From a virus (lineage: Duplodnaviria > Caudoviricetes): a stretch of DNA of 54,549 nt. Shown here piece after piece: positions 21,123-30,603 of the stretch. The stretch covers positions 1 to 54,549 of the IMG/VR virus record IMGVR_UViG_3300020193_000029. One strand, 5' to 3'. The position numbers and the translations under genes are program-made. The notes under the pieces were generated by a model. It saw nothing but the letters and a program-made list of their open reading frames with translations. It did no database searches and was not told where the DNA came from. Positions within the stretch are counted from its first letter, which is position 1, and every line of letters starts with the position of its first letter.

Positions 21123-21476
21123 CTAGAATGGCAACACCTCGTCATCTTGTAACTCTTCTTCCTTAACGGAAGCCGGTGTAGCTTTAGGCTTGGCGGTCGC
21201 CTTCTGGTAACCGTTACCACCGTTGTATGGCTCTCTCGGCTTCGGCACGACCGGCTCGAATGAAATGTACTTAAACGGGTTACCCGCCTTACTTTCGCGA
21301 TCCCATACCGCAAGACGAAGACCCGCCTCCTTGCCCTCCTTCACTTGGGTCACCAATTGCTTAAGGATCTCTTTGGTAATCACCAACTCGCCGGTATAAT
21401 CCGGCTTGTTTGGCGCGTCCTTGTAACGATTGGGGAAGATGTTCCCGTTGCCCTTAATGTAATTTACTTGACTCAT
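21123..21476 (-). CDS. Putative single-stranded DNA-binding protein
   Basis: PDYTG...LAVW...GNPFKYISF core and acidic C-terminus ending DDEVLPF; next to the annealing protein. Confidence 0.75.
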   Translation of the reverse strand: MSQVNYIKGNGNIFPNRYKDAPNKPDYTGELVITKEILKQLVTQVKEGKEAGLRLAVWDRESKAGNPFKYISFEPVVPKPREPYNGGNGYQKATAKPKATPASVKEEELQDDEVLPF

Positions 21477-21486
21477 CTATCTCTCC

Positions 21487-22131
21487 TTACTTCAACGAAG
21501 CGGTAAAGCGTTTGAATAAAGCCACGATAGCGTCGTACCCCGTGGAACCGCCCTCGTCCTTTATCTCACGCAGATCTGAAAACACAGGCTCAAGTTGTTT
21601 AAATAGCGCGTTGAACTCCTGCCTTGTCTTCAACTTTTGGGAATATTCATCAAGCATCTCGACAAGCTTGGTAAAATCATCCGGTGTCTTGACTCTGCCT
21701 TTCCACTCAAACTTGTCCTCTTGAGGCAAGTCAGATCCTGCAAAAATGTAAAGTCCAAGTCCGAATAACGCGAAACACTTGACCAGGCATCTCATTTTGG
21801 TATCCGAGATTGCCCGAGAATCGGGATTCGCCACGGCATTGTTACGGTTATCCATGACAGGGAGCCACATTTCCTTGCGAACACTGCCAATAAATACCGC
21901 GCAATGAACAGATGCAGTACGGTCTGGGTAAAAGAGGACATCCCTGTCCATACCGTCTACATCCCTGAATGTGTACCAGACAATTTGCATATCCGGGTAG
22001 TGGTCCATCATCGTCTGATAAGCCCACGCCCAAGAAAGGTAAGTTAGATTGGCTTTCTTTTCAGTGAATTCATTGACGTTCAGCTTACTCAATGTCTGCC
22101 ATATTTTCTTTGCTTCACTCTCTTCACTCAT
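21487..22131 (-). CDS. Sak / Rad52-like single-strand annealing protein (DUF1071-like)
   Basis: EKKANLTYLSWAWA...MWLPVMD.RN...MRCLVKC.ALFGLGLYI signature; ATGA coupling at 22128-22131. Confidence 0.88.
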   Translation of the reverse strand: MSEESEAKKIWQTLSKLNVNEFTEKKANLTYLSWAWAYQTMMDHYPDMQIVWYTFRDVDGMDRDVLFYPDRTASVHCAVFIGSVRKEMWLPVMDNRNNAVANPDSRAISDTKMRCLVKCFALFGLGLYIFAGSDLPQEDKFEWKGRVKTPDDFTKLVEMLDEYSQKLKTRQEFNALFKQLEPVFSDLREIKDEGGSTGYDAIVALFKRFTASLK

Positions 22132-22871
22132 TTTCTTTTCTCCTTGATAACTTGCCACTGTGAGCAAAACTGCGAAACCTGACACCAGTTACCTTCACAC
22201 CGGATGTTCTTGTTGCCTCGAAGCCATCGATCTTCATCGCTACACTCGGGCAGTTCTCCATTAATTGTGTCTTGATGCAGTTTGACTCGACTTTCTACAA
22301 ACTCTGTCTGCTTGATAAATCCCCAAAGCGGAATATCGATGCTCACCACAGGGGCTTGTGGATAATCAAACTTCTTGTCTGCCTCGCTACGTCTCCAGTC
22401 GCGCAGAATAGCCATGATCCGAAGACTCTCGATCTCATAGCCGTGCTTACGCCAAAGCCATGCGTAGAGGTTTAGTTGATGCTCCCACTCAGGCTTGTCT
22501 GAAGTAATTGCGTACACGCTAGTGCATTTGTAGTCTGTCAGCATCTTTTCACTTAGAGACATGGTGTCAGTCTGACCACTGACCTTCCAGCCGTTGATAT
22601 CTGCGTACAGGCGACGCTCTGGGATCAGGTTCTTGTCGTCTGTGTTGGCAGTCTCAAGAACACTATGAACGCCCTTGCCAAGCAACTTGAAAACCTCATC
22701 TCGATAGTCAACCTTAATCTCATCGTCATGCTTCCTCTGAAGCGCAACGATACGAGGCGACTTGATGAGTTGCGTTACAGACAACACGACCCCATCGCCC
22801 TTCGTGTACGGATCATTCTGGACTGCCCTAATGACCTCAACAGGTACATTGTGTTTGTTGGTGTATTTCAT
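22128..22871 (-). CDS. PD-(D/E)XK (Cas4/RecB-like) exonuclease
   Basis: G..VH..LE, E.R...SGQTD...DYK and QLNLY motifs plus a C-terminal Cys cluster; paired with the annealing protein. Confidence 0.82.
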   Translation of the reverse strand: MKYTNKHNVPVEVIRAVQNDPYTKGDGVVLSVTQLIKSPRIVALQRKHDDEIKVDYRDEVFKLLGKGVHSVLETANTDDKNLIPERRLYADINGWKVSGQTDTMSLSEKMLTDYKCTSVYAITSDKPEWEHQLNLYAWLWRKHGYEIESLRIMAILRDWRRSEADKKFDYPQAPVVSIDIPLWGFIKQTEFVESRVKLHQDTINGELPECSDEDRWLRGNKNIRCEGNWCQVSQFCSQWQVIKEKRK

Positions 22872-23116
22872 TTTAGTCTGTAAACAAGAAATGATCTTAC
22901 TAACCAGATGATCCTGTACTTCTCACCTTTACGACTTGCAAGTTCCTTCCTGATTGCACGATAGGTAGCAAACATTTCCTTCTTGCCACCGCCAGATGAA
23001 TCAACAATTACTCCGTTGTTTGCATCAATTTCTGGTAAAGAAACTTTGATACTAGATTGCTTCTGAGTCTTTACGCTCACTGCCGCTTTCCTGAACTTCG
23101 GCTTTCTGATCGTCAT
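22868..23116 (-). CDS. Hypothetical basic protein
   Basis: 82 aa; ATGA coupling to the exonuclease start. Confidence 0.55.
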   Translation of the reverse strand: MTIRKPKFRKAAVSVKTQKQSSIKVSLPEIDANNGVIVDSSGGGKKEMFATYRAIRKELASRKGEKYRIIWLVRSFLVYRLK

Positions 23117-23540
23117 TCAACTTCTCCTCGATATTCAATGCATAGGCCATCATCAAATCAACCCCGCCTTCCCTTGCAACGAAGTACGGAATGTTCGTTA
23201 CTGCGAAACCACTTAGGTGAGACAGGGTGAAGACTTCCTTGTCCTGGTCAAACGAAAAAGCATATCCATGTCTGTTCTCCCGAAAGAGTTTATGGATCGT
23301 CGCAATCACAATTTCTTGGAGGTCAGACGGAATGGATGTGCGAAATCCTTCTGGATTTCCTTGTGGCACTGTGTTACTCCGCGTATGATCTTTCTGTGGA
23401 GGAGCAATTCTAGTGAAAAATTCTAACTCAGTCAAGAATAATTTTTGGAGCGGCACTGTCCTAGGGGAGCCTGCCAGTAAAGCCAACTCCAGAAGACTTG
23501 TCAGTTTTAAAGGCAGGCCAAGATTTATCAAGTCACACAA
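23052..23540 (-). CDS. Hypothetical protein (start uncertain)
   Basis: Open frame filling 23.1-23.4 kb; overlaps neighbours at both ends. Confidence 0.35.
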   Translation of the reverse strand: MCDLINLGLPLKLTSLLELALLAGSPRTVPLQKLFLTELEFFTRIAPPQKDHTRSNTVPQGNPEGFRTSIPSDLQEIVIATIHKLFRENRHGYAFSFDQDKEVFTLSHLSGFAVTNIPYFVAREGGVDLMMAYALNIEEKLNDDQKAEVQESGSERKDSEAI

Positions 23541-23847
23541 GGCTTTATCCTATTCCGAAGCCTTTAAATTGCAGGTTCCAGAACTGCCTGAAAAACTTGA
23601 AGGGGACTTGTTTTTTAGTGTGAAGATTTATTACGCTTCACGTAGACCGGATCTCGATGAGTCGCTGATCTTGGATCTCCTTCAGGAACGTATATACGAG
23701 AATGACAGGCAAGTGAAATGTCGGTTTGTGATACATGGGATTGACAAGAAAAACCCAAGAGCAGAAATCTTTATCTGCACCTTCGATGAATTCAAGGAAC
23801 AGTTTAAGGACAAGCTCGGTGTTTTTTGGAACGATGAATATTGCTAA
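23413..23847 (+). CDS. RusA-like Holliday junction resolvase
   Basis: GEPASKANSRR...RRPDLD...ILD.LQ..IY.NDRQV...DK.NPRAEI. Confidence 0.85.
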   Translation: MKNSNSVKNNFWSGTVLGEPASKANSRRLVSFKGRPRFIKSHKALSYSEAFKLQVPELPEKLEGDLFFSVKIYYASRRPDLDESLILDLLQERIYENDRQVKCRFVIHGIDKKNPRAEIFICTFDEFKEQFKDKLGVFWNDEYC

Positions 23848-24061
23848 GAGAGTGGTGTTTCGAGCTATCGAGGACTCAGTGTCCGAGGATGTTGACATCC
23901 GAAACGATGCACTTAGATGGATACGAGGAGCGGGGTTCGATGCGGCTTGCGAGGAAGCGAAATTGGATCCAATTCAGATGCGTAAGTTCTTGTCTGAAAT
24001 CATGCAACTGCCTATAGGCATACGTAGAAAACAGGTAGAGAACTTACTAGGTCCTAAGTAG
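23834..24061 (+). CDS. Hypothetical protein
   Basis: MNIAKRVVFRAIED...ALRWI...F...CE.A.LDP pattern; start moved to the ATG at 23834. Confidence 0.6.
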   Translation: MNIAKRVVFRAIEDSVSEDVDIRNDALRWIRGAGFDAACEEAKLDPIQMRKFLSEIMQLPIGIRRKQVENLLGPK

Positions 24062-24156
24062 ATATATATATCTAAATAGTTAGAGAGGTAATTATAGGTA
24101 GGTAAGTATACAAGAACACGTAGATCCTTAGGCAATAAAATTTTTGGAGTAGACGC

Positions 24157-25929
24157 ATGTTTCCAGTTACAAATGACCATGAGTTGATCATCGAGGCAGT
24201 TCGTTCTCTCGACAATGGACAACACAAGGTTTCCTGTCCATACTGTCAGCACACTCGTCAGAAACATCGCCATGACCGTCCTTTATCGGTCGAGGTGACT
24301 AGTCAGTCCGTTCGTTGGAAATGTTGGCATTGTGGGGTAGAAGGCGGTATGGATAGATTTCATAACAATGTTATGCCATTTCGTCAGACGAGGGCAGTCA
24401 AACAACCGAAGCCAGAGATTGTCCTGGCAGATCTCGATGAACAAATCAAGGCAGATGGCTTGGCATATCTCAACTCGCGTGGCATCCCGTCAGACATCGC
24501 TGCCGATAAGTGTGTCTTTGGCAGTTGGGGTTTTGCAGCGACAGGCTCTCGTCCTGCGATTGGTTTTCCATACAAGGAAAACGGCAAGATCTTTGCGGTC
24601 AAGTGGCGAAGTGCAGATAGCGAAAAGCATTTTAGCCAACAAGCGGTCTGCTCAAGCTTCTGGAACATCGAGAACGCAGATCCTTCTAAGCCGCTACTCA
24701 TCTGCGAAGGTGAGATTGATGCGCTGACCTGGATGACTGTTGGAGTAGATGCCAATATTGTCAGTGTACCGAATGGCGCACCGCAGCGAGTTAAGGACGG
24801 GGCAATTGATCCGGTTGAAGATCGTCGATTTGCCTATGTATGGGAATCCGAAGAATTTCTGAGCAAGACTCAGCGCATCATGTTCTCGCCTGATCTTGAT
24901 GCAGCAGGCGAGGCGCTGATCGAGGAACTTTCAAGACGCATTGGTAAAGCTAAGTGCTGGCGCATCGAGCTGCCATGCAAGGACGCTAACGAAACCTTTC
25001 TGGCTGGGGGCAGGGATGTCCTGAAAGCAGCATTCGATTCGGCAAGACCCATCCCGCTTGCCGGTCTTTACGATGCGGAGCATTACTCGCAGCGATTCGA
25101 GAACCTTTATAACGAGGGACATCACAAAGGTATCGACACAGGCATTGCTAGTCTCGATGAGATTATGAGTATTTCTGAATCCATGTTGACTGTGGTTACG
25201 GGATTCCCTGGGCATGGCAAGTCAGATCTCATCGATCAGATCTGTATCAATGCTGCTGAAAACCATGGATGGAAGACGGTTTTTTGTAGTTTTGAGAAGC
25301 CTCCGCATATGCACATGGCGCAACTCGCTTCGAAGGTTATGGGTAAGCCCTTCTTTGAGGGTAAGACGCCACGTATGACTCCAGAGGAGCGGGATCAGGC
25401 AAAACGATGGATTAACGATAACTTCGTGTTCATGGACTACATGGCGGGTGCGCCAGCCGACATCCAAGGCATCCTCGATTTTGCTCGAGCGGCAGTTATG
25501 CGAATGGGTGTTCGGATTCTGGTTATCGATCCGTATAATTTTATCGAGATTAATTACAAGGATCGTCTTGAGACAGACGCGATTAACGAAATGCTGACTA
25601 AGGTTCAGCAGTTCGCGAAGTCATCGGGTGTCCATGTGTTCTTCATTGCTCACCCTGCCAAGCCAGCTGACCGAAGTCAAAAAGTGGTGACGGGTCTTGA
25701 TGTTGCAAAGTCAATGGCATGGTTTGCCAAGGCAGATATCGGATTGACGGTTGTTAGAACAGAGGATGGCCCTGAAGCACACATTTGGAAAGCACGATGG
25801 CAATGGCTTGGTAAAAACGGCATGGCTCATCTATTGTTTGACCTTCCAAGTTCAAGATGGTCTGATAGGAGGAATGATTCCGAAAAGATAGAGCATGACA
25901 ATTTTGACTGGAGCCTCGGAGAAAACTAG
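24157..25929 (+). CDS. Primase-helicase (T7 gp4 / Twinkle-like)
   Basis: Zn finger CPYC...CWHC, TOPRIM ICEGEIDAL...D.D.AG...KDANE, Walker A GFPGHGKS, Walker B LVIDPYN. Confidence 0.93.
   Translation: MFPVTNDHELIIEAVRSLDNGQHKVSCPYCQHTRQKHRHDRPLSVEVTSQSVRWKCWHCGVEGGMDRFHNNVMPFRQTRAVKQPKPEIVLADLDEQIKADGLAYLNSRGIPSDIAADKCVFGSWGFAATGSRPAIGFPYKENGKIFAVKWRSADSEKHFSQQAVCSSFWNIENADPSKPLLICEGEIDALTWMTVGVDANIVSVPNGAPQRVKDGAIDPVEDRRFAYVWESEEFLSKTQRIMFSPDLDAAGEALIEELSRRIGKAKCWRIELPCKDANETFLAGGRDVLKAAFDSARPIPLAGLYDAEHYSQRFENLYNEGHHKGIDTGIASLDEIMSISESMLTVVTGFPGHGKSDLIDQICINAAENHGWKTVFCSFEKPPHMHMAQLASKVMGKPFFEGKTPRMTPEERDQAKRWINDNFVFMDYMAGAPADIQGILDFARAAVMRMGVRILVIDPYNFIEINYKDRLETDAINEMLTKVQQFAKSSGVHVFFIAHPAKPADRSQKVVTGLDVAKSMAWFAKADIGLTVVRTEDGPEAHIWKARWQWLGKNGMAHLLFDLPSSRWSDRRNDSEKIEHDNFDWSLGEN
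24360..24376. promoter_or_regulatory. Palindromic box, variant copy inside the primase gene (TCATAACAATGTTATGC)
   Basis: Read directly; CATAACA-A-TGTTATG core. Confidence 0.55.
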
Positions 25930-26458
25930 GTCGCTGATCTCAAACGAACTCGGCTCTAGCGAACTGCATCGTAGACATACAGTTCGACTAGAGTCCGAGG
26001 ATGGACTCTTTTTGCGTTCACGGGTCACCGACCAGAGGCTTATCGACCGTCTCTTCAACAACAAGCGCATCGACACAGATCAGTACGATGCAGCCTGCGC
26101 CTTCCACGCTCTTGCTCATCGGGCAGGCATGTGGCCCTCATCGGTCAAACTAGAACGGGTACAGATGTCGGTGGTGGATCGTGCGCCAAGGGCATTGGCA
26201 ATCTTATCGGTGGATCGTTACTTGCAACGCAACGCAAGTCCGAGGGCATATCAGGCTGTGTGGTTGACAGTCGTGAGAGAGATTAACAGCCCGATCATGC
26301 ACCTTCGGATGGGTCTTGATACCCTTAAAACCTACTTCAATCCGACCCTGACTCCGGGTTCTCGTCGGTCTGAGAACTCTGTTCGAGCCACCATTGAACG
26401 CGCTGAGAAGGCTTTAGAGGCAGCGGAGGGGGGGGCATTACCTCTACAGGGGCTTTAA
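25895..26458 (+). CDS. Hypothetical protein, possibly a transcription regulator
   Basis: 187 aa following the helicase; IDRL...I...QYDAA pattern. Confidence 0.55.
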   Translation: MTILTGASEKTRSLISNELGSSELHRRHTVRLESEDGLFLRSRVTDQRLIDRLFNNKRIDTDQYDAACAFHALAHRAGMWPSSVKLERVQMSVVDRAPRALAILSVDRYLQRNASPRAYQAVWLTVVREINSPIMHLRMGLDTLKTYFNPTLTPGSRRSENSVRATIERAEKALEAAEGGALPLQGL

Positions 26459-26687
26459 GTCTGGTCGTCTCCTTGACGATATCCGTCGGTTTAGCACGAG
26501 GGTTCACATCTAGAACGGCCTTTGCCATCTTTGCGTATTTAGGTTTAATTGGGTGTGAATCGATCATGTGACGAATCTGCGCTGATACTGAGCGTCCTTC
26601 AATGGCAGCAATAGTCTTAATTCTAAAGATGGTATCAGCGTGACATCGAAAAATTAGCATTTTGTCTTCGTTCTTTTTTTTTGGCAT
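26337..26687 (-). CDS. Putative Arc-like ribbon-helix-helix DNA-binding protein
   Basis: LIFRCHADTIFRIKTIAAIEGRSVSAQIRHMI fits the RHH strand-helix-GRS-helix pattern. Confidence 0.6.
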   Translation of the reverse strand: MPKKKNEDKMLIFRCHADTIFRIKTIAAIEGRSVSAQIRHMIDSHPIKPKYAKMAKAVLDVNPRAKPTDIVKETTRLKAPVEVMPPPPLPLKPSQRVQWWLEQSSQTDENPESGSD

Positions 26688-26691
26688 TGTC

Positions 26692-27081
26692 TTACCTACG
26701 ATACGATTTTACCTTCTTGGCAATAGCCTTCGGCTGCTTGACAAACTGTTTGCCCTGGGCTTTGCCCTTGCGTTTAGCAGCGGTCGTCGCGGCATACTCG
26801 CTTGAGCTAAGCGCCTTGATTGCTTTCTTTGGCAAATACCTTTCGCCAGTCTTGCTTGAAGGTTTGCCAGATTTTGTGGTCCAGTCTTGCTTCGTCCATT
26901 TGGATAGTCCTTGTTGCGCCTTGGTCTTGCTGCCCGAGTAGCCTCCGCCAGCTTCTTTGTAACGCTTGCCAAGAAGCTGTGCTTTGCGCGCAGACCACTG
27001 CCCAGCTCTCGTGCCGGCAACGGCTTCTCCCATAATTTTGTTTTTCAGTCGTTCACGCAGGGTGGGTTTTGTATAGGCCAT
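26692..27081 (-). CDS. Conserved basic phage protein (DUF5872-like)
   Basis: YTKPTLRERLK...GQWSARKAQ...GGGY...LSKWTKQDW.TKSGK...GERYLP; AGGAG RBS. Confidence 0.8.
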   Translation of the reverse strand: MAYTKPTLRERLKNKIMGEAVAGTRAGQWSARKAQLLGKRYKEAGGGYSGSKTKAQQGLSKWTKQDWTTKSGKPSSKTGERYLPKKAIKALSSSEYAATTAAKRKGKAQGKQFVKQPKAIAKKVKSYRR

Positions 27082-27245
27082 TTTTAACTCCTAGTTCTTG
27101 CACATCTGTCCCAGGTTCATAAAAAAACCCTGGGCATCCAGTATATACCTCTCCCTCCCATAATTTGCAATAGAGTCTATAACTCGTCCATTTTCCGTCT
27201 TTTAGCTTATGGCGCACACCAATTGAGTGGTGACAGGCATAGCAA

Positions 27246-27641
27246 TCATAAGAGCTGGATTGGGATGCCATTGAGTTGCTCGGTCTCGAGTGAGTTAATG
27301 GGCTGAACAATCTTGATCTGAAAACCTTTCATAAGTTCCTCGTAAGAAGTGGTCAAGGCAATGATCAGCATACGGAAATGATCCAGATCGAAAGCCTCGT
27401 TTTCCTTAAAGGAAATATGCAGAGTCTTGTTGCTTTCGCTAACAAAACTTAACATATCCATACTTAGTTGAGCATCCTTGTTTGCTTGGATCATGGCAAG
27501 GCAAGCCTGTGACAGCACCTCCATGATCTTCTCTGCTTTAGCAGAACCTTCAGTGTCAGCACTGTTGATTAAAACTCGCGGCATGGCGATCTGAAGATTG
27601 ACTTTGATTTGTTCTATCTTTGGTTTACCTTTGTTTTTCAC
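27246..27641 (-). CDS. Hypothetical protein
   Basis: 131-aa ORF in the leftward block. Confidence 0.55.
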   Translation of the reverse strand: MKNKGKPKIEQIKVNLQIAMPRVLINSADTEGSAKAEKIMEVLSQACLAMIQANKDAQLSMDMLSFVSESNKTLHISFKENEAFDLDHFRMLIIALTTSYEELMKGFQIKIVQPINSLETEQLNGIPIQLL

Positions 27642-27663
27642 AGTTATTCCATTGTGTCAGGGT

Positions 27664-27697
27664 AAAAAAAAGGCCCGTCAGGGTTACCCGACGGGCC
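27664..27697 (-). terminator. Intrinsic terminator
   Basis: GGCCCGTC...GACGGGCC stem with an A8 run on the plus strand (U-tract on minus). Confidence 0.75.
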
Positions 27698-27759
27698 AAG
27701 AATCATCACGACCATGGAGTAAAGACGCAAAAGAAATGGCGTGATGCGCCATCATTCTA

Positions 27760-28272
27760 TCACCCCTTTTGTGTTTTCTCCACTGATTCGGCAGCTAAAG
27801 CCATGTAAGCGGCCCCATCTACCCAGTTATCAAAATCTTGGCCTGTCTTTTCTCGGCAAAGTTTCAGCACCACCATGAATATCCACCCTTCGGTCTCGGT
27901 CATATGATGGTCTGTCAGGGCGTGAAACACCCTGACGATCCTCTGCATCGATCTTTCGCTGCCTTGGTCACGTTTCTGACCTCGGTTTTTAATCGTCGCG
28001 GAAGCCTCCTCGAGTATCCACTGCGCGGTGACAGGCGGGAGATGCTTGGCAATCTCTATGCCGTTCTCTCTTGGTGTCGAGTCAATCCAGAAATGAAGAT
28101 CTGTCAAATCTTTATTGGTCTTTTTCAAGTCCTTGTTAGCCTTGATAAGTTCATCGATGATGTTCGCTGCATCGACAAGGCAGTCAAAGATCGGAGTACT
28201 TTGACTATTAATAGCCCATCCTCGAAGTTCCTTGGCAGATTCTTCAGCGTCAATAAGCAATGCTTTGTTCAT
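27760..28272 (-). CDS. DUF6378-like protein (possible nucleotide pyrophosphohydrolase fold)
   Basis: ILEEA...RG...ERSM.RI...F...GW.FM..LK..R...D.WVDGAAY.AL.AE in the C-terminal half. Confidence 0.72.
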   Translation of the reverse strand: MNKALLIDAEESAKELRGWAINSQSTPIFDCLVDAANIIDELIKANKDLKKTNKDLTDLHFWIDSTPRENGIEIAKHLPPVTAQWILEEASATIKNRGQKRDQGSERSMQRIVRVFHALTDHHMTETEGWIFMVVLKLCREKTGQDFDNWVDGAAYMALAAESVEKTQKG

Positions 28273-28460
28273 GTGTTTGTATGTTGGTTAGGCTTAAGCA
28301 AAAGGAAATGAGGAACATCGTAGTCAGTGAACCGTATAGGTTGAGGCAGTTCCAGTTCAATCCGATAAGCCTCATCCTCAAGTGATTTGATCTTTTGGTT
28401 CAAGCGTTTTATTTCAAAGAAGATCTGCTTAATTCGATCTTTATCTGCTTGCGTTTTCAT
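28269..28460 (-). CDS. Hypothetical protein
   Basis: 63 aa; coupled to neighbours. Confidence 0.55.
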   Translation of the reverse strand: MKTQADKDRIKQIFFEIKRLNQKIKSLEDEAYRIELELPQPIRFTDYDVPHFLLLKPNQHTNT

Positions 28461-28680
28461 ATCGCTCGATAGTCTCTCTTAGGTTGGAAATCTCTGCCCT
28501 CAATGCAGTTATTTCTTGGGCAAGAAAGTTAGCCTCTGCCCATAATCCTCTGAATCTAATCTGGGCGAGACAAGAGTTGATATCTTGAATTTTGGAATCC
28601 CCATATCGCCAGGGCATCCTGTCCATCTCCTCTTTCCATGATCCAGACTGGGACTCGTTATCGACATCGATTGTAGACAT
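28441..28680 (-). CDS. Hypothetical protein
   Basis: 79 aa; AAGGAG RBS. Confidence 0.65.
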   Translation of the reverse strand: MSTIDVDNESQSGSWKEEMDRMPWRYGDSKIQDINSCLAQIRFRGLWAEANFLAQEITALRAEISNLRETIERYENASR

Positions 28681-28696
28681 GGCTCACTCCTTCCGG

Positions 28697-29173
28697 TTAA
28701 AAGATTAAATCTTCTGGCGGTATCAACTGATTCTGATCTGCGGCATAAGTCGGCCCGTGACCAAGGTCTCTTACCATCTCTGGTTTGAGAAGATCTTCTG
28801 CTCTCATGAATCCGGAAAGCCTGTAATTTGGAAACTTGCCAACCATCAGTGCATAGAAATCCACCTTGTCGAGTTTTTTCCATTTCACTGCAAGCAATCT
28901 GCCACTCTCGTAAGTGGTCGACTTAACGTCGATGGCGTAGCCATTGTGGGTATAACAATCTTCAGCCTCTGTTCTAGGAACAGTCAGATCTGGATAGACA
29001 TTTGCGATTTTGCAGAACGCAAGCTCTGCGCCAGTGCCTTCCAGGTCTGTTAGTTCATTGGACTGATCGCCAACTTTCATGTTGGGTACGCCACGCTCAC
29101 GCGCTAATGAGTAGCGCATCTTGGCGACATACGTGGCAAGTCGCTGCTCGATTTCATTGAGAGTAACGATCAT
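28697..29173 (-). CDS. Putative PD-(D/E)XK-fold nuclease
   Basis: G..AELAF...D......IDVKST motif. Confidence 0.6.
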   Translation of the reverse strand: MIVTLNEIEQRLATYVAKMRYSLARERGVPNMKVGDQSNELTDLEGTGAELAFCKIANVYPDLTVPRTEAEDCYTHNGYAIDVKSTTYESGRLLAVKWKKLDKVDFYALMVGKFPNYRLSGFMRAEDLLKPEMVRDLGHGPTYAADQNQLIPPEDLIF

Positions 29174-29176
29174 GAT

Positions 29177-29404
29177 TTATCTTGAAACCCCGTAGTATCT
29201 GAGGATGACCCTGAATGCGGCGACATGCTTTCGCATCTCAGAAATGTCCTTGGTTTTGTCTTTGTGGAAGACTGCGTAGTTACCTTTCTTGCTTTTCCTG
29301 CGTTCGATATCGAGCAACAGGGAATCTCTCACAGAAACTAATTCACTGACGATGATCTGATCTAAAGCATCACCGTCGACTTTCACGTTAATTAACCTAG
29401 CCAT
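29177..29404 (-). CDS. Hypothetical protein
   Basis: 75 aa; AAGGAG RBS. Confidence 0.65.
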   Translation of the reverse strand: MARLINVKVDGDALDQIIVSELVSVRDSLLLDIERRKSKKGNYAVFHKDKTKDISEMRKHVAAFRVILRYYGVSR

Positions 29405-29421
29405 ATTTAATCTCCTTGGCG

Positions 29422-29628
29422 TTAGTCAATATGAACTTCATAACCGCCGCCGCATACATCACGTATGCCCTCGCGCGGATCGCCAACTCGCTTCCATGTG
29501 AACTTGCTTTTGGCGGCTAAGTCCATCCATTCCTTGCCTGTCATAATGATAGTTTCGTTTCCCTTGTAGAAAAATCCTGCTAACTTTTTCCTTGCAGGCA
29601 GTTTGATTTTAGTCTTGCGGTCTGCCAT
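29422..29628 (-). CDS. Hypothetical protein
   Basis: 68 aa; AGGAG RBS. Confidence 0.6.
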   Translation of the reverse strand: MADRKTKIKLPARKKLAGFFYKGNETIIMTGKEWMDLAAKSKFTWKRVGDPREGIRDVCGGGYEVHID

Positions 29629-29954
29629 ATCGATCTCCTAAAGCATCTTCCCATTCCCAACCGAGCAGCCAACGCATCATCCAGATATGGAACCAGTGCG
29701 GCTTTTTGTAGCAGCAAAACCTAGCCCATCGTTCTTCGGTCTGCCCAGGTGGTAACCAATATCCATAGATCACTGGTCTCATGACAGAAGGTATGTAGTC
29801 ATAACGCCCGTCAATATGCCAACAAAGAATAGTGTGACCTCAGCGATGTAGACCATGTGAAGTTCTTTCTCATGGGGCTTTCTCGAGTTCATTGATTCTT
29901 TCTTTAAGGGATGCGATCTCTTTGTTCTTTCTATCTATTAGATACTCACTCATC

Positions 29955-30395
29955 TCAGTTCTTCCTATTGATCGAACTGTTAATGGCTTTGAATCTTGTC
30001 CACGGGTAAACCACTTTGTAGATATCTTCAGAAAGCATCCCATCGAAGCGATTCGATAAGAGCATCCCGACAGGTAGTTTCATCCCGAATGCAACAAGAT
30101 CGTTATTCACATCGAAGTCACAGGCGATGTTCCAAATAACAAGATCGTTGTTGGTCACGTAGATGTGACCCTTGAGGACGTGGAGAATCTCGTGCATGAC
30201 AACCGCATCGAGTTCATCATCGTCCAAGGTCTTGATGTAATCGGAAGCATAGAAAAGATACTGCCCGTTAGTCGATATCGTTTGAGTCATAACAATGTTA
30301 TGAGCGATACGAAGAACGGGCAGCATTTCTTTTATCCCTGTGAACCTTGAGAATAGCCTGTCAAGTGATTGGCGTATTCTCTTTTTGGACATCAT
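29955..30395 (-). CDS. Putative metallopeptidase (DUF2201 N-terminal-like)
   Basis: T.STNG..L.Y...VVMHEILHVLKGH...WNIACD..VN..L motif. Confidence 0.75.
   Translation of the reverse strand: MMSKKRIRQSLDRLFSRFTGIKEMLPVLRIAHNIVMTQTISTNGQYLFYASDYIKTLDDDELDAVVMHEILHVLKGHIYVTNNDLVIWNIACDFDVNNDLVAFGMKLPVGMLLSNRFDGMLSEDIYKVVYPWTRFKAINSSINRKN
30287..30303. promoter_or_regulatory. Palindromic box inside the metallopeptidase gene (TCATAACAATGTTATGA)
   Basis: Perfect 8-1-8 palindrome. Confidence 0.65.
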
Positions 30396-30603
30396 CAGTT
30401 CCCCAGTCGAGAGGCTTGCCCTCACAGAGCAAGTTGTAATCAAACTCAAGGCTGCTCACCATGCGTTTGTGATAGGCGATCTTGGCTCTGATCTCGTAGC
30501 TGAGAAGTAGAGCCTGTCTCATCGCATCAGGAAGTTCAGCAAACTCTTTAGCGAGTCTTTGTTCCTGCTCTTCTTGCTGCTTGTTGAATTCATCGGCGCG
30601 CAT
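30361..30603 (-). CDS. Hypothetical protein
   Basis: 80 aa in the leftward early block. Confidence 0.55.
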   Translation of the reverse strand: MRADEFNKQQEEQEQRLAKEFAELPDAMRQALLLSYEIRAKIAYHKRMVSSLEFDYNLLCEGKPLDWGTDDVQKENTPIT

